From assembly GCF_963921235.1 (NCBI RefSeq), contig NC_086097.1, forward strand, positions 32,304,001-32,368,000: a stretch of DNA of 64,000 bases. Direction: 5' to 3'. The stretch comes from Mobula hypostoma (taxonomy: Eukaryota). Positions 1-13,313 of this stretch are shown here, piece after piece (position 1 is the first letter of the stretch; each line of letters starts with the position of its first letter). The notes below the pieces were generated by a model that saw only the letters and a list, made by a program, of their open reading frames with translations, ran no database searches and was not told where the DNA came from. The position numbers and the translations under genes are program-made.

Positions 1-12
1 GAAAGTGTTTCA
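1..12 (-). CDS. Candidate exon start running off the window edge
   Basis: Strong minus-strand acceptor ttcatttcctctccttctgcAG|TGAAACACTTTC. Only 12 nt are visible. Confidence 0.3.
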
Positions 13-879
13 CTGCAGAAGGAGAGGAAATGAAGCTTTCTACTCTCCTGTGACTTGTCAGAACTGGTCTCTGGGGTGTCTGGACAGATCAGAAATAGAA
101 GCCAAAGTGTGATTGCAGTGTGAGAACACACACTGCACTGGAAGGTGTTACACAAATATAACCACTCCACCATCCATCAGAGAAAAGGCGAGATGTGCAG
201 GGTAAAGTTTTTACCGAGTTTGATGGGTGCCTGGTACGCACTGACAGTGGAGGCAGATATGATAGCAGAGAGGATTTACCATGATGATGCCTGGATTAGA
301 GACTAGAGAATCCTGGTTAGACCATTCTTGGAGTATTGTGTTAAATGCTGATTACCTCATTATAGGAAGGATGTTGGAAGCTTTGGAGGGGGTGCCAAGG
401 AGATTTATCAGGGTGCTGCCTGCATTAGAGAGCATGTCTTACGAGCTAGGGTTTTTCTCCTTGGAGTGAAGAAGGGTGAGAAGTCATCTGGTCAAGGTGC
501 ACAAACAAGATGATCGGAGTCATATGTAACACTCAGCTATATTGGCTGGTATTTATCTAGGGGAAACCCTGTCCGCTGCCCACCTTGTCTCCCAGTTATG
601 TTGGTTGCTGTACAAATGCCACCTCATTCAGCTTCAAACATCAATCATCAGCCAGCACACAATGTACATTTTACCAATTACACTTTATAGATATTACTAA
701 GTCTATGAGATTAATAGAAGTACAGTACAAAAAAGGAATGGAAAAGGCGCCAGACTTATCAAAGGTCAATTTCTTTGTGCACACGTTGGAGCTCGGGACC
801 AGTCGGACCCCTTCGACTCTTGTTTTGCACTTACTTATTTGTTTTCTTATATATTTATTATTATAGCATGTTTTATTCA

Positions 880-1100
880 GAGATACAGCACAGTAACAGG
901 CCCAGCCGGCCCAATGAGCCTGCGCTGCTCAATTGCTAACTAACCTGTGCGAATTGGAATGTGGGAGGAAACCGGAGCACGGGGAGGAAACCCACGCGGT
1001 CACAGGGAGAACGTGCCACTCCTGCCACACAACGGCGAGAATTGAACTCGGGTCACTGGCACTGTAAAGCAATGAGCTAACTTCTATACTACCGTGACAC
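880..1100 (-). mobile_element. tRNA-derived HE1/V-SINE-like SINE (representative; further copies near 3320-3560, 4530-4820, 14105-14400, 39100-39250, 58480-58750)
   Basis: Core GGGAGGAAACCGGAGCAC...GGAAACCCACGCGGTCACAGGGAGAACG is repeated many times in the window. Confidence 0.75.
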
Positions 1101-2006
1101 ACAAGAATTTTATTTGTGTATAGCACTGTGCTGCTGCTGCTGCAAAACAGGAAATTTCTCAACATCCAGTACGTCAGTGATTTTTAAAAATTCTGATTCA
1201 GGCAGGGAAAGGAGCCAGGCGGGATTGACTTGGATGGTCAGCACGGAGTCAATGGGCCGAAATGCCTGTTGCTGTGCTGTACTGACGGGTGTTATAATGT
1301 TCTTGAACTGCCATATTCCTTCCCATGGCACTGACGGGCAGGGAGTTCCAGGGTTCAGACCCAGTGATGGTGAAGGATCAGTGTGATATTTCCAGGTCAA
1401 GGTGGTGTAGCACAGGGAGGAGAACCTTCAATTCTGCAACTTTGACATTTTCTAGGACTTTGGCCTAGAGCCTGACACTGTTTATCTAAAACATCTTTTC
1501 TGCATTCCCTCTCCTTTTTTGCTTCTCTCCTTCTTGACTTCATAGAAACATAGAAAACCTACAGCACAATACAGGCCCTTCAGCCCACAAAACTGTGCCG
1601 AACATGTCCTTACCTTAGAACTACCTAGGCTTACCCATAGCCCTCTATTTTTCAAAGCTCCATGTATCCATCCAGGAATGTCTTAAAAGACCCTATTGTA
1701 TCCGCCTCCACCACAGTCACCGGCAGCCCATTCCACGCACTCACCACTCTCTGCGTAAAAAAAAAACATACCCCTGACATCTCCTCTGTACCTACTTCCA
1801 GGCACCTTAAAGCTATGCCCTCTCATGCGAGCCATTTCAGCCCTGGGAGAAAGCCTCTGACTATCCGCACGATCAATGCCTCTCATTATCTTGTACACCT
1901 CTATCAGGTCACCTCTCATCCTTCATGGCTCCAAGGAGAAAAGCCCGAGTTCACTCAACCTATTCTCACAAGACATGCTCCCCAATCCAGGCAACATCCT
2001 TGTAAA

Positions 2007-2872
2007 CAACAGGAATTCCGCAGATGCTGGAAATTCAAGCAACACACATCAAAGTTGCTGGTGAACGCAGCAGGCCAGGCAGCATCTCTAGGAAGAGGTG
2101 CAGTCGACGTTTCAGGCCGAGACCCTTCGTCAGGACTAACTGAAGGAAGAGTGAGTAAGGGATTTGAAAGTTGGAGGGGGAGGGGGAGATCCAAAATGAT
2201 AGGAGAAGACAGGAGGGGGAGGGATGGAGCCAAGAGGGGGACAGGTGATAGGCAAAAGGGATATGAGAGGATCATGGGACAGGAGGTCCGGGAAGAAAGA
2301 CAGCCGGGGGGGGGGGGACCCAGAGGATGGGCAAGGGGTATATTCAGAGGAACAGAGGGAGAAAAAGGAGAGTGAGAGAAAGAATGTGTGTATAAAAATA
2401 AGTAACAGATGGGGTACGAGGGGGAGGTGGGGCATTAGCGGAAGTTAGAGAAGTCAATGTTCATGCCATCAGGTTGGAGGCTACCCAGACGGAATATAAG
2501 GTGTTGTTCCTCCAACCTGAGTGTGGCTTCATCTTTACAGTAGAGGAGGCCGTGGATAGACATGTCAGAATGGGAATGGGATGTGGAATTAAAATGTGTG
2601 GCCACTGGGAGATCCTGCTTTCTCTGGCGGACAGAGCGTAGGTGTTCAGCAAAGCGGTCTCCCAGTCTGCGTCGGGTCTCGCCAATATATAAAAGGCCAC
2701 ATCGGGAGCACTGGACGCAGTATGTCACCCCATCTCGCCAATATATAAAAGGCCACATCGGGAGCACCGGACGCAGTATATCACCCCATCTCACCAGTAT
2801 ATAAAAGGCCACATCAGGAGCACCGGACGCAGTATATCACCCCATCTCACCAGTATATAAAAGGCCACATCG
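2007..2872 (-). mobile_element. Penelope-like element, 5'-truncated, with GIY-YIG endonuclease C-terminus
   Basis: ORF 2435-2812 (YCVQCSRCGLLYIGETRRRLGDRFAEHL...LQPDGMN), the typical CCTGACGAAGGGTCTCGGCCTGAAACGTCGAC 3' region, and a 10-bp TSD TCCTTGTAAA (1997-2006 / 2873-2882). Confidence 0.92.
2682..2872. repeat. 56-bp tandem repeat, about 3.4 copies, at the Penelope 5' junction
   Basis: Units start at 2682, 2738, 2794 and 2850. Confidence 0.9.
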
Positions 2873-5800
2873 TCCTTGTAAATCTCCTCTGCACCCTTTC
2901 TATGGTATCCACATCCTTCCTGTAGTGAGGCAACCAGAACTGAGCACAGTACTCCGGATGGGGTCTGACCAGACTCCTATATAGCTGCAACATTACCTCT
3001 CGGCTCCTAAACTCAATCCCACGGTTGATGAAGGCCAATGCACCGTATGCTTCTTAACCACAGAGTCAACCTGCGTAGCATCTTTGAGTGTCCTATGGAC
3101 TCAGACCCCAAGATCCCTCTGATCCTCCACACTGCCGAGAGTCTTACCATTAATGCTATATTCTGCCATCATATTCGACCTACCAAACTGCTTGAGTTTC
3201 CCACCCCCGCAAGATGTTTTAATCCTTTCTAATAGCACCAGCAACCCCCCTGTGGGAACATTGGCCCCAGCCATACAGGTCCCACCTGCCCCAGAAACAG
3301 ATCCATTTTGTTTTAGGGCGGTCAGTAGTTAGTGTAGCAGCTGGCATAACACAGTTACAGCACCAGCGACCCGGATTCAGTTCCTGTCATTGTCTGTAAG
3401 GAGTTTGTACGTACTCCCCGTGACAGTGTGGCCTTCCTCCGGATGCCTGGGTTTTCTCCCACGTCCCAAAGAGCCTACGGATTAGTAGGCTAATTGGTGA
3501 CACGATGTAACTGGGTGATGCGGACTCATTGGGCTGGTTACTGTGCTGCAGGTTACTAAATGAATACAGTGCAGAAATTTAAAGCCCTCCGTCCTGCATC
3601 ATCTCTCTGACCATGCACTGTCCACCTCCCCCACTGAGAGTTAGCTCTAAAGAACTGTTCATGCTCCATTGCATTCAGACCTGGTGGTTCCATTGTAGAA
3701 AGGACGCAACGACCTTGGGGAGGATACAGAAAAGATTTGCCGGGGTGCTGCCTGGATTAGAGCATGTGACCTATAAGGAGTGGTTGGACTAACTTGGGTT
3801 GTTTCCTCTGGAGCTGCAGAGGCCCAGGGAAGACCTGACAGAGAGCTTGAGAGGCACAGGGTAGATACAGTAGTAGCTTTTCCTCAGGGTGGAAATGTCA
3901 CATGTTAAGGTGAGAGAGGGAATGTTTAAAGGAGATGTGGGGGCAGGTTTTTTTTTAAACCCAGGTGGAGGAAGATACAAAAGAGGCGTTTAAGAGACAG
4001 GCACATGAACATGCAGAGAATGGGGGTTATGGACATTGTGCAGACGGAAGGGATTTGTTTAATTAAGTGTCATTTGTATAATTAGCTCTGTACCACCTGG
4101 TCAGCCAAAGAACCTGTTCCTGTGTTGTAAGATTTTGTGTTGTAACTTCTAATCCTGAGGTTACTAACTTAGAAATCCTCTTTCCTAGCTCCCTAAATTC
4201 TTTCAGCATGATCCCTTCCCTTTTTCTGCTGAAGTCATTGGTATTGATGCGGAGCCAGAGACACAAGACACTCCCAGAGTGAACAACATTGGTTCTTTCC
4301 GCTTCTAACCAGACAGTATCTGGATCCAAACCCCCGTGTTCCACCTATCTCGGCTTACAAACGCTGTCACTCTCCTCACACTCAAGGTTCAAGCCATCCC
4401 AGCCATCTCCGGGGCGGGGCGGGGGGGGGGCTGCGTTCAGCAACAGCACCCAATCCTCCCAGTGTGTGAAACAACCAGCAAACACAAGACTGGCAGGAAA
4501 AAAACTACAGTACAAGATAGAGCGGGCGGCTTAGTAGTGTAGTGGGTAGGGTAAAGCTTCACAGTGCCAACGATTGGTGTTTGATTCCCACCACTGGAAG
4601 GAATTTGTACGTTCTCCCCATGACCACGTGGGTTTCCTCCGGGTGGTTTCACGTTCCATGGACATCTGGGTTAGGGTTAGTGAGTTGTGGGCATTGCTTC
4701 GTTGCCACCAGAAGCACGGTGACCCTTGCAGGCTGCCCCCAGAACATCCGCAGACTGTGTTGGTTGTTGACGCAAACGACACGTTTTGCTGTATGTTTTA
4801 AGGTACATGTGACATGAAATTTAACCTTTAATCTGTCAAAATTAACCCAGAGAGGTCATAGAGGACAGCAGCATCGAAACACGCCGTTTGGCCCATTTAG
4901 TCCATACCAGATTATTATTGTGCGTAGTCCCATCGACACACACCTGGACCATAGCTCTCCATACCCATAGCCCTCCATGGACATCCAAAATTCTCCTAAA
5001 TGTTGCAATCTATACTGCTGGCAGCTCATTTCACACTCTCATCTCAGTGAAGATATTTCCCTCATGTTCCCTTTAAATATTTTACCTCTCTCTTCACCTA
5101 TGACCTCTAGTTCTAGCCTTAGCGAACCTGATGAGACAAAGCCTGTTCGTGTTCCCCCTATCTGTATCCCTAATTTTGTATACCGCCAGCAAACCTCCCC
5201 TCATTTTCTTACATTCCAGGGAACAGAATCCTAGTAAAGATGTGGGTTCTATTTCAATATTTAAGAGAAATTTTGGTAGGTACATAGATGGGAGGGGTAT
5301 GGAGAACTATAGTCTGGGTGAAGATCAATGGAACTAGGCAGACTAATATTTGGCATGGACTAGATGGGCTAAATGGCCTGTTTCTGTGCCGTGGTAGTCT
5401 ATGACTCTATTAGAGAGCATGATATATGATGATAGGGCTTTCTCTTTGGAGTGAAGGAGAATAAGAGGTGACTTGATAGAGCTACACAAGATGATAAGAG
5501 GCATAGATTGAGTGGACAGTCAGAGATGTTTTCCCAGGGTGGAAATGGCTAACCCTTCCCTCCCACATAGCCCACCATTTTACTTTCATCCATGTGCCTA
5601 TCTCAGAGTTTCTTAAAATGTCGTTAATGCATCTGCCTCTACCAGCACCCCTGGCAGGATGTTCCATGTGCCCACCACTCTCTGTGTGAAAAAAACACTA
5701 CTTCAGATACCCCCTCTATACTTTCATCCAATCACCTTAAAATTATGCCCCCTTGTATTAGCCATTTCTGCCCTGGGAAAAAGTCTCTGGCTGTCCACTC

Positions 5801-7775
5801 AATTTCTGCCTCTTAGCATCTTGAACAGCTTGGTTAGAAACATTAAGTATTCTTAGCTCAGGGAGTGCCTGACAAGGTAAACCCCACAGCCAACAAAGCT
5901 CGTCAGTATCTCTACTTCCTCAGAACACTAAAGAAATTCAGCTTGTCTCCCTTTGACCCTCACCAGTTTTTATCAATGCCCCGTAGAAAGCATCCTATTC
6001 AGATGGATAACAGATTGATATAGCAACAACTCTGCATGTGATTGCCAGAGAGTTGTGGACACAGCTCAGCACATCACGGAAACCAGCCTCCCCTCCATGG
6101 ACTCTGGCTACACTCCTCACAGCCTCGGGAAAGCAGCTAGCAGAATCAAAGACCTAATCCACCTTGGACATCCTCTCTTCTCTCCCATCTGGCAGAAGAT
6201 ACATAAGCCTGAAAGGACGTATCACCAGATTTACAAGGACTAGAGAATTTGAGTGATGGAGAGTGACTGACAGCTGGGTCTGTTTTTCCACAGAGCAGCA
6301 GGGCCTGAGGGGTCATCTGATGCACATTTACAAAATTGTGATAGGCAGGGATAGGGTAACTAGCTAGAGTCTCATAAACTCTTCTCAGGCTTCCAGCCGG
6401 GTCCAGGTACTGATTTTAAATGACGTTTGGATGAAAAACTCTGCCATCTTCATCAGGGATGAATCCTAGGCATGTCTAGTCTGGTGGTATATGTACTCAA
6501 CTTCTGTCGTCTGCCCTTCCTGATTGGTTAGTCCTCAACCAATCAGGTTTTCACTGTCCTACCTTGTTTAAAATCATATTCCAGTTCTTACTTAGAGTGA
6601 GACCTTTGCCTTTGTTTTAAATTCTTATTCTCTAATCTTATTTCTCAGACTAGAGGACAAGTCTAGAGTCTGTTTCCCATGATTGGGTATCTAAAACTAG
6701 AGAGCTTAGCTTTATGGAGAAAGAGGTTTGAAGAGAGGACCTGAGGCGTGAATTTCCCTGTAAAGGGTACGTGGGACCTGGAACGAGCTGACAGGAGGTT
6801 CTGACCTTCTGCGTTCTTGCTGTCCCCCCTAGGGGGTCTGATGAGGTGGAGAGGTGAGGGTACAGTGGTTGTATTATTAATATCTCGTTAGGAGTTTGAG
6901 GAGATTTGGTGTGTCACAAAAGACTTACAAATTTCTACAGATGTAGGGTGGTGAGTATTTTGATTGGTTGAATCGCTGTCTGGTATGGAGGCTCCAAATC
7001 ACAGGATCAAAGCAGGTCATCAGTTCAGTCTGCTCTATCATGGGCACAACTTCCCCACCAGTGCAGTCATCTTCCAGAGGCAGATGCCTCAGGAAGGCGG
7101 TATCAATTATTACCATGCACAACGCGCCCTCTTTTCACCACTACCATCAGGGAGAGGTACAAGAGCATGAAGACCCACACTCAGTAATTTAGGAACAGCC
7201 TCTTCCCCTCTGTCATCAGATTTCTGACTGGTCCATGAACTCATGAACACTACCTCACTCTTCGTCCTTTGTACCTTTATTTGTAACTTATAATTGTGTG
7301 TCTTGCACTGTTGCTGCAAAACAAGTTTCACTACATATGTCAATGATGATAAGCCTGATTCTGACTCTGACAGGAACCCACTGAGATAAACCTGTCACCT
7401 CTCCTGTTCTGAGCTCCACACCCCTGGGGCCCCTGGGTTCCGAGAACTTGCAGAGTGGGGGCAGTGTCTCGAAGCTCCCACTGTGACAGATTAATTATCT
7501 GTTGTCCATTAGTCCAGTCTCTTACACTGGTCCGTAAACAATGACTGTAATCATCAACAGGACAAGGACGGGCTTGGAGAACTAGGTCAGAGCACAAAGA
7601 CAGCACTGTTAACAGCCGACTGAGCTCACAGTCACCACAAGTCCACCAGCCCTCATCCCTCCCCGCTGTCCACAATAGGGGAAATCCCACCCATACAATT
7701 CAGTCCTAGCCCCACTGCTCTGCACTGTACCTGGAAGGGCTTTCCAGCCTAAGCTAACCTTCAGCACTGACTCAC

Positions 7776-7781
7776 CTTGTT
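7776..7781 (-). CDS. Candidate 6-nt microexon (AACAAG)
   Basis: Minus strand reads ccctcccccaacactgcAG|AACAAG|GTGAGT: an acceptor and a perfect donor 6 nt apart in non-repeat sequence, frame-preserving. Confidence 0.35.
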
Positions 7782-9522
7782 CTGCAGTGTTGGGGGAGGG
7801 GGGTGAAATTGTACCATCATACAGTCTCAGTTAATAGGGTGTGTTTAAGGCAGAGAATAATAGGTTCTTAAATAGTAAGGGGGTTAAGGATTACTGGGAG
7901 AAGGCAGGACAATAGGGTTGGTAAAAATCAGTTACGATTGAATGGCCTAATTCTGCTCCTATATTTCATGGTCTGATATAGCACAGAAACAGGCCCTTTG
8001 ACCCAACTCATCCATGTCTAACTGAACTAGTCCTATTTGTTTTCTGTTCTGCCAATATCCCTCTAACTCTTTCTATCCATGTACCTGACCAAGTGTCTTT
8101 TAAATGTCATTACTGTACCCTGTCTCCACCATTTCCTCTGGCAGCTCGTTCCATATAATCACCAACTTCGTCCCTTTTAAATCCTTCCCCTCTCACCTTA
8201 AGCCTGATCCCTCTGGTTTTAGATTCAGAGAAAGACTGTGATAATCCACCCTATCTGCACCACTCTTGATTTTTATAAACCTCAGTAAGGTCACTCCTCA
8301 GCTTCCTGCGCTCCAGGGAAAATAGTCCCAACGTGCCCAGGACTGGAAAGGGGGCAGAAGCCTGCCCCCCCCCACCTTATTCTGGCTTCTGCTCCCTTTC
8401 TCTGCTCACTGTACAGTTTAAATATGATGAGGGTCTCTTCCAACCTCTGAGCAGTAAGTTTGAGACCCCCCACCCACCCCCAGCACCCTCTGGGAAACAC
8501 TGTTTCCTCCTCCGACCCTCCTATTGATTAGTTTAAATCTTGGCCCTTGGCATTTGCCCCCTCAGCTAAGAGAAATGGCTCTTTCTAAATTACTTTACCC
8601 TTGGTAGTCTTCTACACCTAAATTAAGCCTGTCCTTTGCATCCTCTGTTTTGAAGAAAACAACCACAATCATTCCTCACAAAATCAATTTTCCACTCCTG
8701 GGAACAACCAGCCAAATGAAAGAGCCAGCCTTTGACTTCAAAGTCAAAGTGGGGGGTGGTGCACATGCTCCTGTCCACATCAACAATGCAGAGATTGAGA
8801 GGTTTAAGTTCCCAGGAGTGAACATCTCCAATAGACTGTCCTGCTCCAACATATAGATGCCATGGGCAAGAAGGCTCCCCAGCCCATCTGCTTCCTCAGG
8901 AGGCTAAGGAATTTTAGCATGTCCCTATCAATCTTCACCAATTTTTATTGATGCACCATGAAAGGCGTCTTATCCAGATGCATCGCAGCTTGGTACAGCA
9001 ACTGCTCTGCTTGTGATCATCAGAAACCACAGAGAGCTGCACGCACAGCTCAGCATGTCACAGAAACCAGCCACCCCTCACGGACACTGTCTACATTTCT
9101 CACTGCCTTGGTAAAACAGCCAACAGAATCGAAGACCCTGCTCTTTTCTCTCTTCTACCATCAGGCAGAATACACAAAACATGAACCATCAGGGTCAAGG
9201 ACAGCTTCTACCCTGCTTTATAAGATTACTGAACAGTCCCTATTACGATAAAATGGACTCGACCACACAATCTATCTCATTATGGCCTTGCACCTTACTG
9301 TCAACCTGCACTGCACTTTTTCTGTAACTATCACTTTATTCTGCTGTCTGTTATTGTTCCTCTTGTATAACCTCAATGTTGTATAATTATCTATAAGGAT
9401 GGCATGTAAAACAAAGTTTTAATTGTACCTCGGTACATGTGGCAATAATAAACCAGTTCACCCTTCTATCCTCCCATTTAATGTACATGTCCCCGCTCTG
9501 ACTGCTGTTAAATGGGATTTGA

Positions 9523-9968
9523 ATACAGAGGCCCCAATGCACAGGATTGCTCATGGCTGTGGGGGGTTGTAGATACAGATACAGAGGTTCCAATGCACAG
9601 GATTGCTCGAGGCTGCAGAGGATTACAGATACAGATACAAAGGCCCTAATGCACTGGATTGCTCAAGTCTGCGAAGGGTTGTAGATACAGATACAGAGGT
9701 TCCAATGCACAGGATTGCTCGAAGCTGCAGAGGGTTGTAGATACAGATACAGAGGCCCCAATGCACTGGATTGCTCGAGTCTGTGAAGGGTTGTAGATAC
9801 AGATACAGAGGTTCCAATGCACTGGATTGCTCGAGGCTGCAGAGGGTTGTAGATACAGATACAGGGGCCCCAATGCACAGGATTGCTCATGGCTGTGGAG
9901 GGTTGTAGATACAGATACAGAGGTTCCAATGCACAGGATTGCTCGAAGCTGCCGGAGGGTTGTAGACT
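9523..9968. repeat. 56-bp minisatellite, 8 copies, derived from the adjoining LINE 3' fragment
   Basis: CCAATGCAC recurs at 9534, 9590, 9646 (CTAAT), 9702, 9758, 9814, 9870 and 9926. The last copy runs into Rex/L2-type 3' sequence (to ~10350). Confidence 0.92.
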
Positions 9969-10899
9969 CAGCCAGTTCTGCCACAGGCACAATCCTCCCC
10001 CTCCCCCTCCCCACCATTGAGAGCATCTTCAAGAGGCAGTGCCTCAAGAAGGCGGCATCCATCACAAGAGACCCTCACCATCCAGGACAAGCCCTCCTCG
10101 CTTTACTTCCTTCGGGGTGGAAGTACAGGAACCTGAAGATACACACTCAACGTTTTAGGAACAAGTTCCTCCCCTCCATGTCAGATTTCTGAATGGTCCA
10201 TGAACACTACCTCACTATTCCTTTCTGTTTCTGCACTATTTACTTACTTAGTAATTTATAGTAAGCGCGTGTCTTTGCACTGGCCAGCTGCTGCTGCAAA
10301 ACAACAAGTTTCATGTAGTATTCGTCAGTGATAATATACCTGATTCTGGTTCTACGTTGCTTGATGACAAGCAGGGACAGGGCGGGCCAGTAGTTCTGTC
10401 TCTCTGCAGGTGAATTTGAACCAGAGCAACTGACTCCACCTTAAAACACAGTGACTCACACAGTTGGCATCCTCAAGAGTTGTGCCGCGCCCACACATCA
10501 AACCTCCAGCCCCTTGACAAAGGAAGGAGAGAGCTAATGGGGGTGGGGGGTGAAAATGAGCAGGATGTGGAGTTTCCTTTACATTGTTCACTCAAGGAAG
10601 GAAGGATGCCAGGCATGCGACAGCCTACAAGCAAACAGGATTTACCTGTATCATTGGCTCAGTGGCTGTATTCCAGTGGGACACCCATCATCAGCACAGA
10701 GGATAAGACTGAAGCTTGCTCCTAGCAACAGCAGGCTGCTGTGGACGACTTCAACTCCATCATCCCCAGGAGCTTGGAAAGGAAGACTTTCCACCCTGCA
10801 TGTGGTGGTGGTGGACCCACCAGTGGCCTGTGCCCACTGACCCTCCAGACCAGAATCACCCCACCGGTAGATGTCAACCCAACTCTGCCTGCACTTGTC

Positions 10900-11850
10900 C
10901 TTGTCCTTAGACAGACTTCCTCATCCTTACCCAAGGGCCAGCACATCAATCACCATAACTTCTGCCGTCTACAAGGTCCTGCACTAAATGCATCTTTCCC
11001 ACAGGAATCACTCTCGCCATGATTTCCTTGTCCATTCATCCTTCCTGTCACCTATCCCTGCAAGCGGGACAAGTGCTACACCTGCCCCTAAACCTACTTG
11101 CTGAACAGCATTGAAGGCCCCAAATAGTTGTCCCATGTGAAGCAACACTTCACCTGCAAATCTATTGGGGTAATTAACTGTATCTGGCACTCATGGTATG
11201 GTCTCCTTTACATTGGTGAGAACCAATGTAGACTGGGGGAATGCTTCATTGAGTACCCTCATTCCACCTGCCAAAATAGGCAGGATTTCTTGGTAGCCAC
11301 CCTTTTTTAATTCTACTTCCCATTCCCATTCTGACACGGCAGTCTATGGCCACAATCAGGCCACTCTCATTTTGGAGTCAGTCTGGGTAACCTTCAGCCT
11401 GACGGCATGTCCATCGATTTCTCTAACTTCTGATAATTTCTCCCTCCTCCCTCTTCTCTGTTTTTCCATTCCCTATTGTGGATCTCCTCTTACCCCTTCT
11501 CTTCTTCTCACCTGCCCTTTGGTTCCCCTCCTCCTTCCATTTCTCCCATGGTCCACTCTCCTATCCTGTCAGGTTCCTTCTTCTTCAGCCCTTTACCTTT
11601 TCACCTATCACCTCCCAGCTTCTCACTTCACCCCCTCCCCCACACACCCACCTTCCCCTTCTCACTAGCTTGTACTCCTCCCCTCCCCCACCTCCTTATT
11701 TTGGCTTCTGACCTATTCGTATTCAGTCCTGAAGTGTCTGGGTCCAAAACATCCACTGTGTATTCCCCTCCATAGATGCTGCCTGCTGGCTGAGTTATCC
11801 AGCATTTTGTATGTGTTTCTCTGGATTTACAGCATCTGCAGAATCCTTCT
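10900..11850 (+). mobile_element. Degenerate Penelope-like element
   Basis: GIY-YIG remnant (FTCKSIGVINCIWHSWYGLLYIGE) followed by a pyrimidine-rich tract and the PLE 3' motif. Confidence 0.8.
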
Positions 11851-12339
11851 TTCATTCCTTCTTCCTTTATATTCATCAAGGACTTTGTCAGACTTCAGAT
11901 TGCTAAACCTTACACATGCTCCCTTTGTCTACCTGACTAAAAAAACAATGTCTCTTCATCCAAGATGCCCAAACTCTGCAACACATACAAAGTGCTGGAG
12001 AAACTCAGGAGGTCAGGCAGCGTCTATGGAGAGGGAAACCAGTTGACATTTTGCCTGCAACCCTTCATAAGGACACTGCCACCCTTGTCCTTCACTCTCA
12101 CAGGAACACGTTGGTCCTGAACTTTAACTAACAGGCTTTTAATGATCCCTGTTTCTCAGATGTTTCCCCCAAATTGCCACTCCCGATCCACTTTCTTCAG
12201 TTTTTGCCTAGCTCTGCTGTAATTAGCCTTCTCACAATTCAGTACTTTCACTCTGACCCTTCTTGAAACCTGCAAAATTAAGATCACTCTTCACAAAATG
12301 CTGCTTCATTGATACTCTGATCTCCTGTCCAGGCTCATT

Positions 12340-13313
12340 TGTTGCACGGGGCGACTGAAGAGAACCCAAGTGCAGGACACCAGCACATCGACTGAGTTGG
12401 GGATGCTGGCGTAGACATGAACGTAGAACAGCAAACCGGAGGAATCTTGACAAGGAGATGGGATCTACAGGGACTATCTTGAAACTAGAGCAGAACTTGG
12501 AACTAAACTTAGAACTAACGGTTCTAAGCGGATGAGAGAACGAAGTATCACAGAAGAATAGACCAACAAACTGGCAACCTGTGTAGTGATGCCATCGTAC
12601 TTATTTCACAGTCTCTGATGCAAACCAGGTGTATCGTAATTAAGTAAACTAGCAGCAATTGGAAAACTAATGGCTGAAATTAGGGCATAATCAGGGAGAA
12701 AGGAACGTTAAAGGGGAACAACCAAATGGAACCATGACAGTATCCCTCCCTCTACGGGAGCCTCCTGGCAATCCCCCATGCTTGTCTGGATGGTCCTGAT
12801 GGAAATCCCGGATGAGAGAAGGGTCCAGAATGTAGGAGTGGGGAATCCAGGAACGTTCGTCCGGGCCGTACCCCTCCCAGTCAACTAGGTACTGGAGACC
12901 TCTGCCCTGATGGCGGACATCCAATAACTGCCGGACGGTGTACGCCGGATGGTCATCGATGATCCGAGGGGGTGGAGTACTGTCATGGTTCGGATCAGGG
13001 TCCCTTTAAATTTACTTTGTTTATGTTACGATCTGGACCGTTGACTGCCTGTTTCCCTTTGGTTCCCTGTTTTCCCGTGTCCCTCGGGCTTGGTGATTGG
13101 AGGCAATTTACTCTCGACTGAACCGGTAGTTTATAGTCTCCGGCTTTCAGCCGTTCGGCGCAAGAGCGTTTGCAAAGTCAAGTCCTGGCCCTGGTGGCAT
13201 CTAAGTACCAAGTCAAGTCCTGGCCCAGACCCTTAGTCCCAGCCTCCTAACCTCTCAAGATGTGTCTTGCATTTGGGTCCACCCTTGCTCCCAACACCCC
13301 CCCCATTGTGACA
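12340..13313. mobile_element. Gypsy (chromovirus-type) remnant: LTR(-) + chromodomain + second LTR(+)
   Basis: LTR 12340-12739 (TGTCATGG...CA, minus strand) with a purine-rich PPT, chromodomain ([33 protein letters not shown]), LTR 12981-13313 (TGTCATGG...TGTGACA, plus strand), and TCATT flanking both ends. Confidence 0.85.

Larger units (their letters stand above)
1541..3187 (-). mobile_element. CR1 LINE 3' fragment interrupted by a Penelope element
   Basis: ORF2 C-terminal motifs (YRSLVRPHPEYCAQFW, RGDLIEVYKIMRG) and a (TTTCTATG)-type 3' tail. The sequence is continuous across the insertion at 2007-2872. Confidence 0.9.

Noticed and set aside
4340..4490. Minus-strand acceptor (ttttttcctgccAG) and GC-box run as a further exon or promoter
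   Set aside because: The open frame is unrecognisable, crosses a G/C homopolymer and the donor is weak.
7340..7690. 116-aa minus-strand ORF next to the microexon
   Set aside because: A possible acceptor near 7545 and weak donor near 7398 exist, but there is no recognisable domain and support is insufficient.
9523..9968. Regular repeat array as CRISPR-like
   Set aside because: Units are contiguous with no unique spacers, derive from the adjacent LINE, and the context is eukaryotic with no cas genes.
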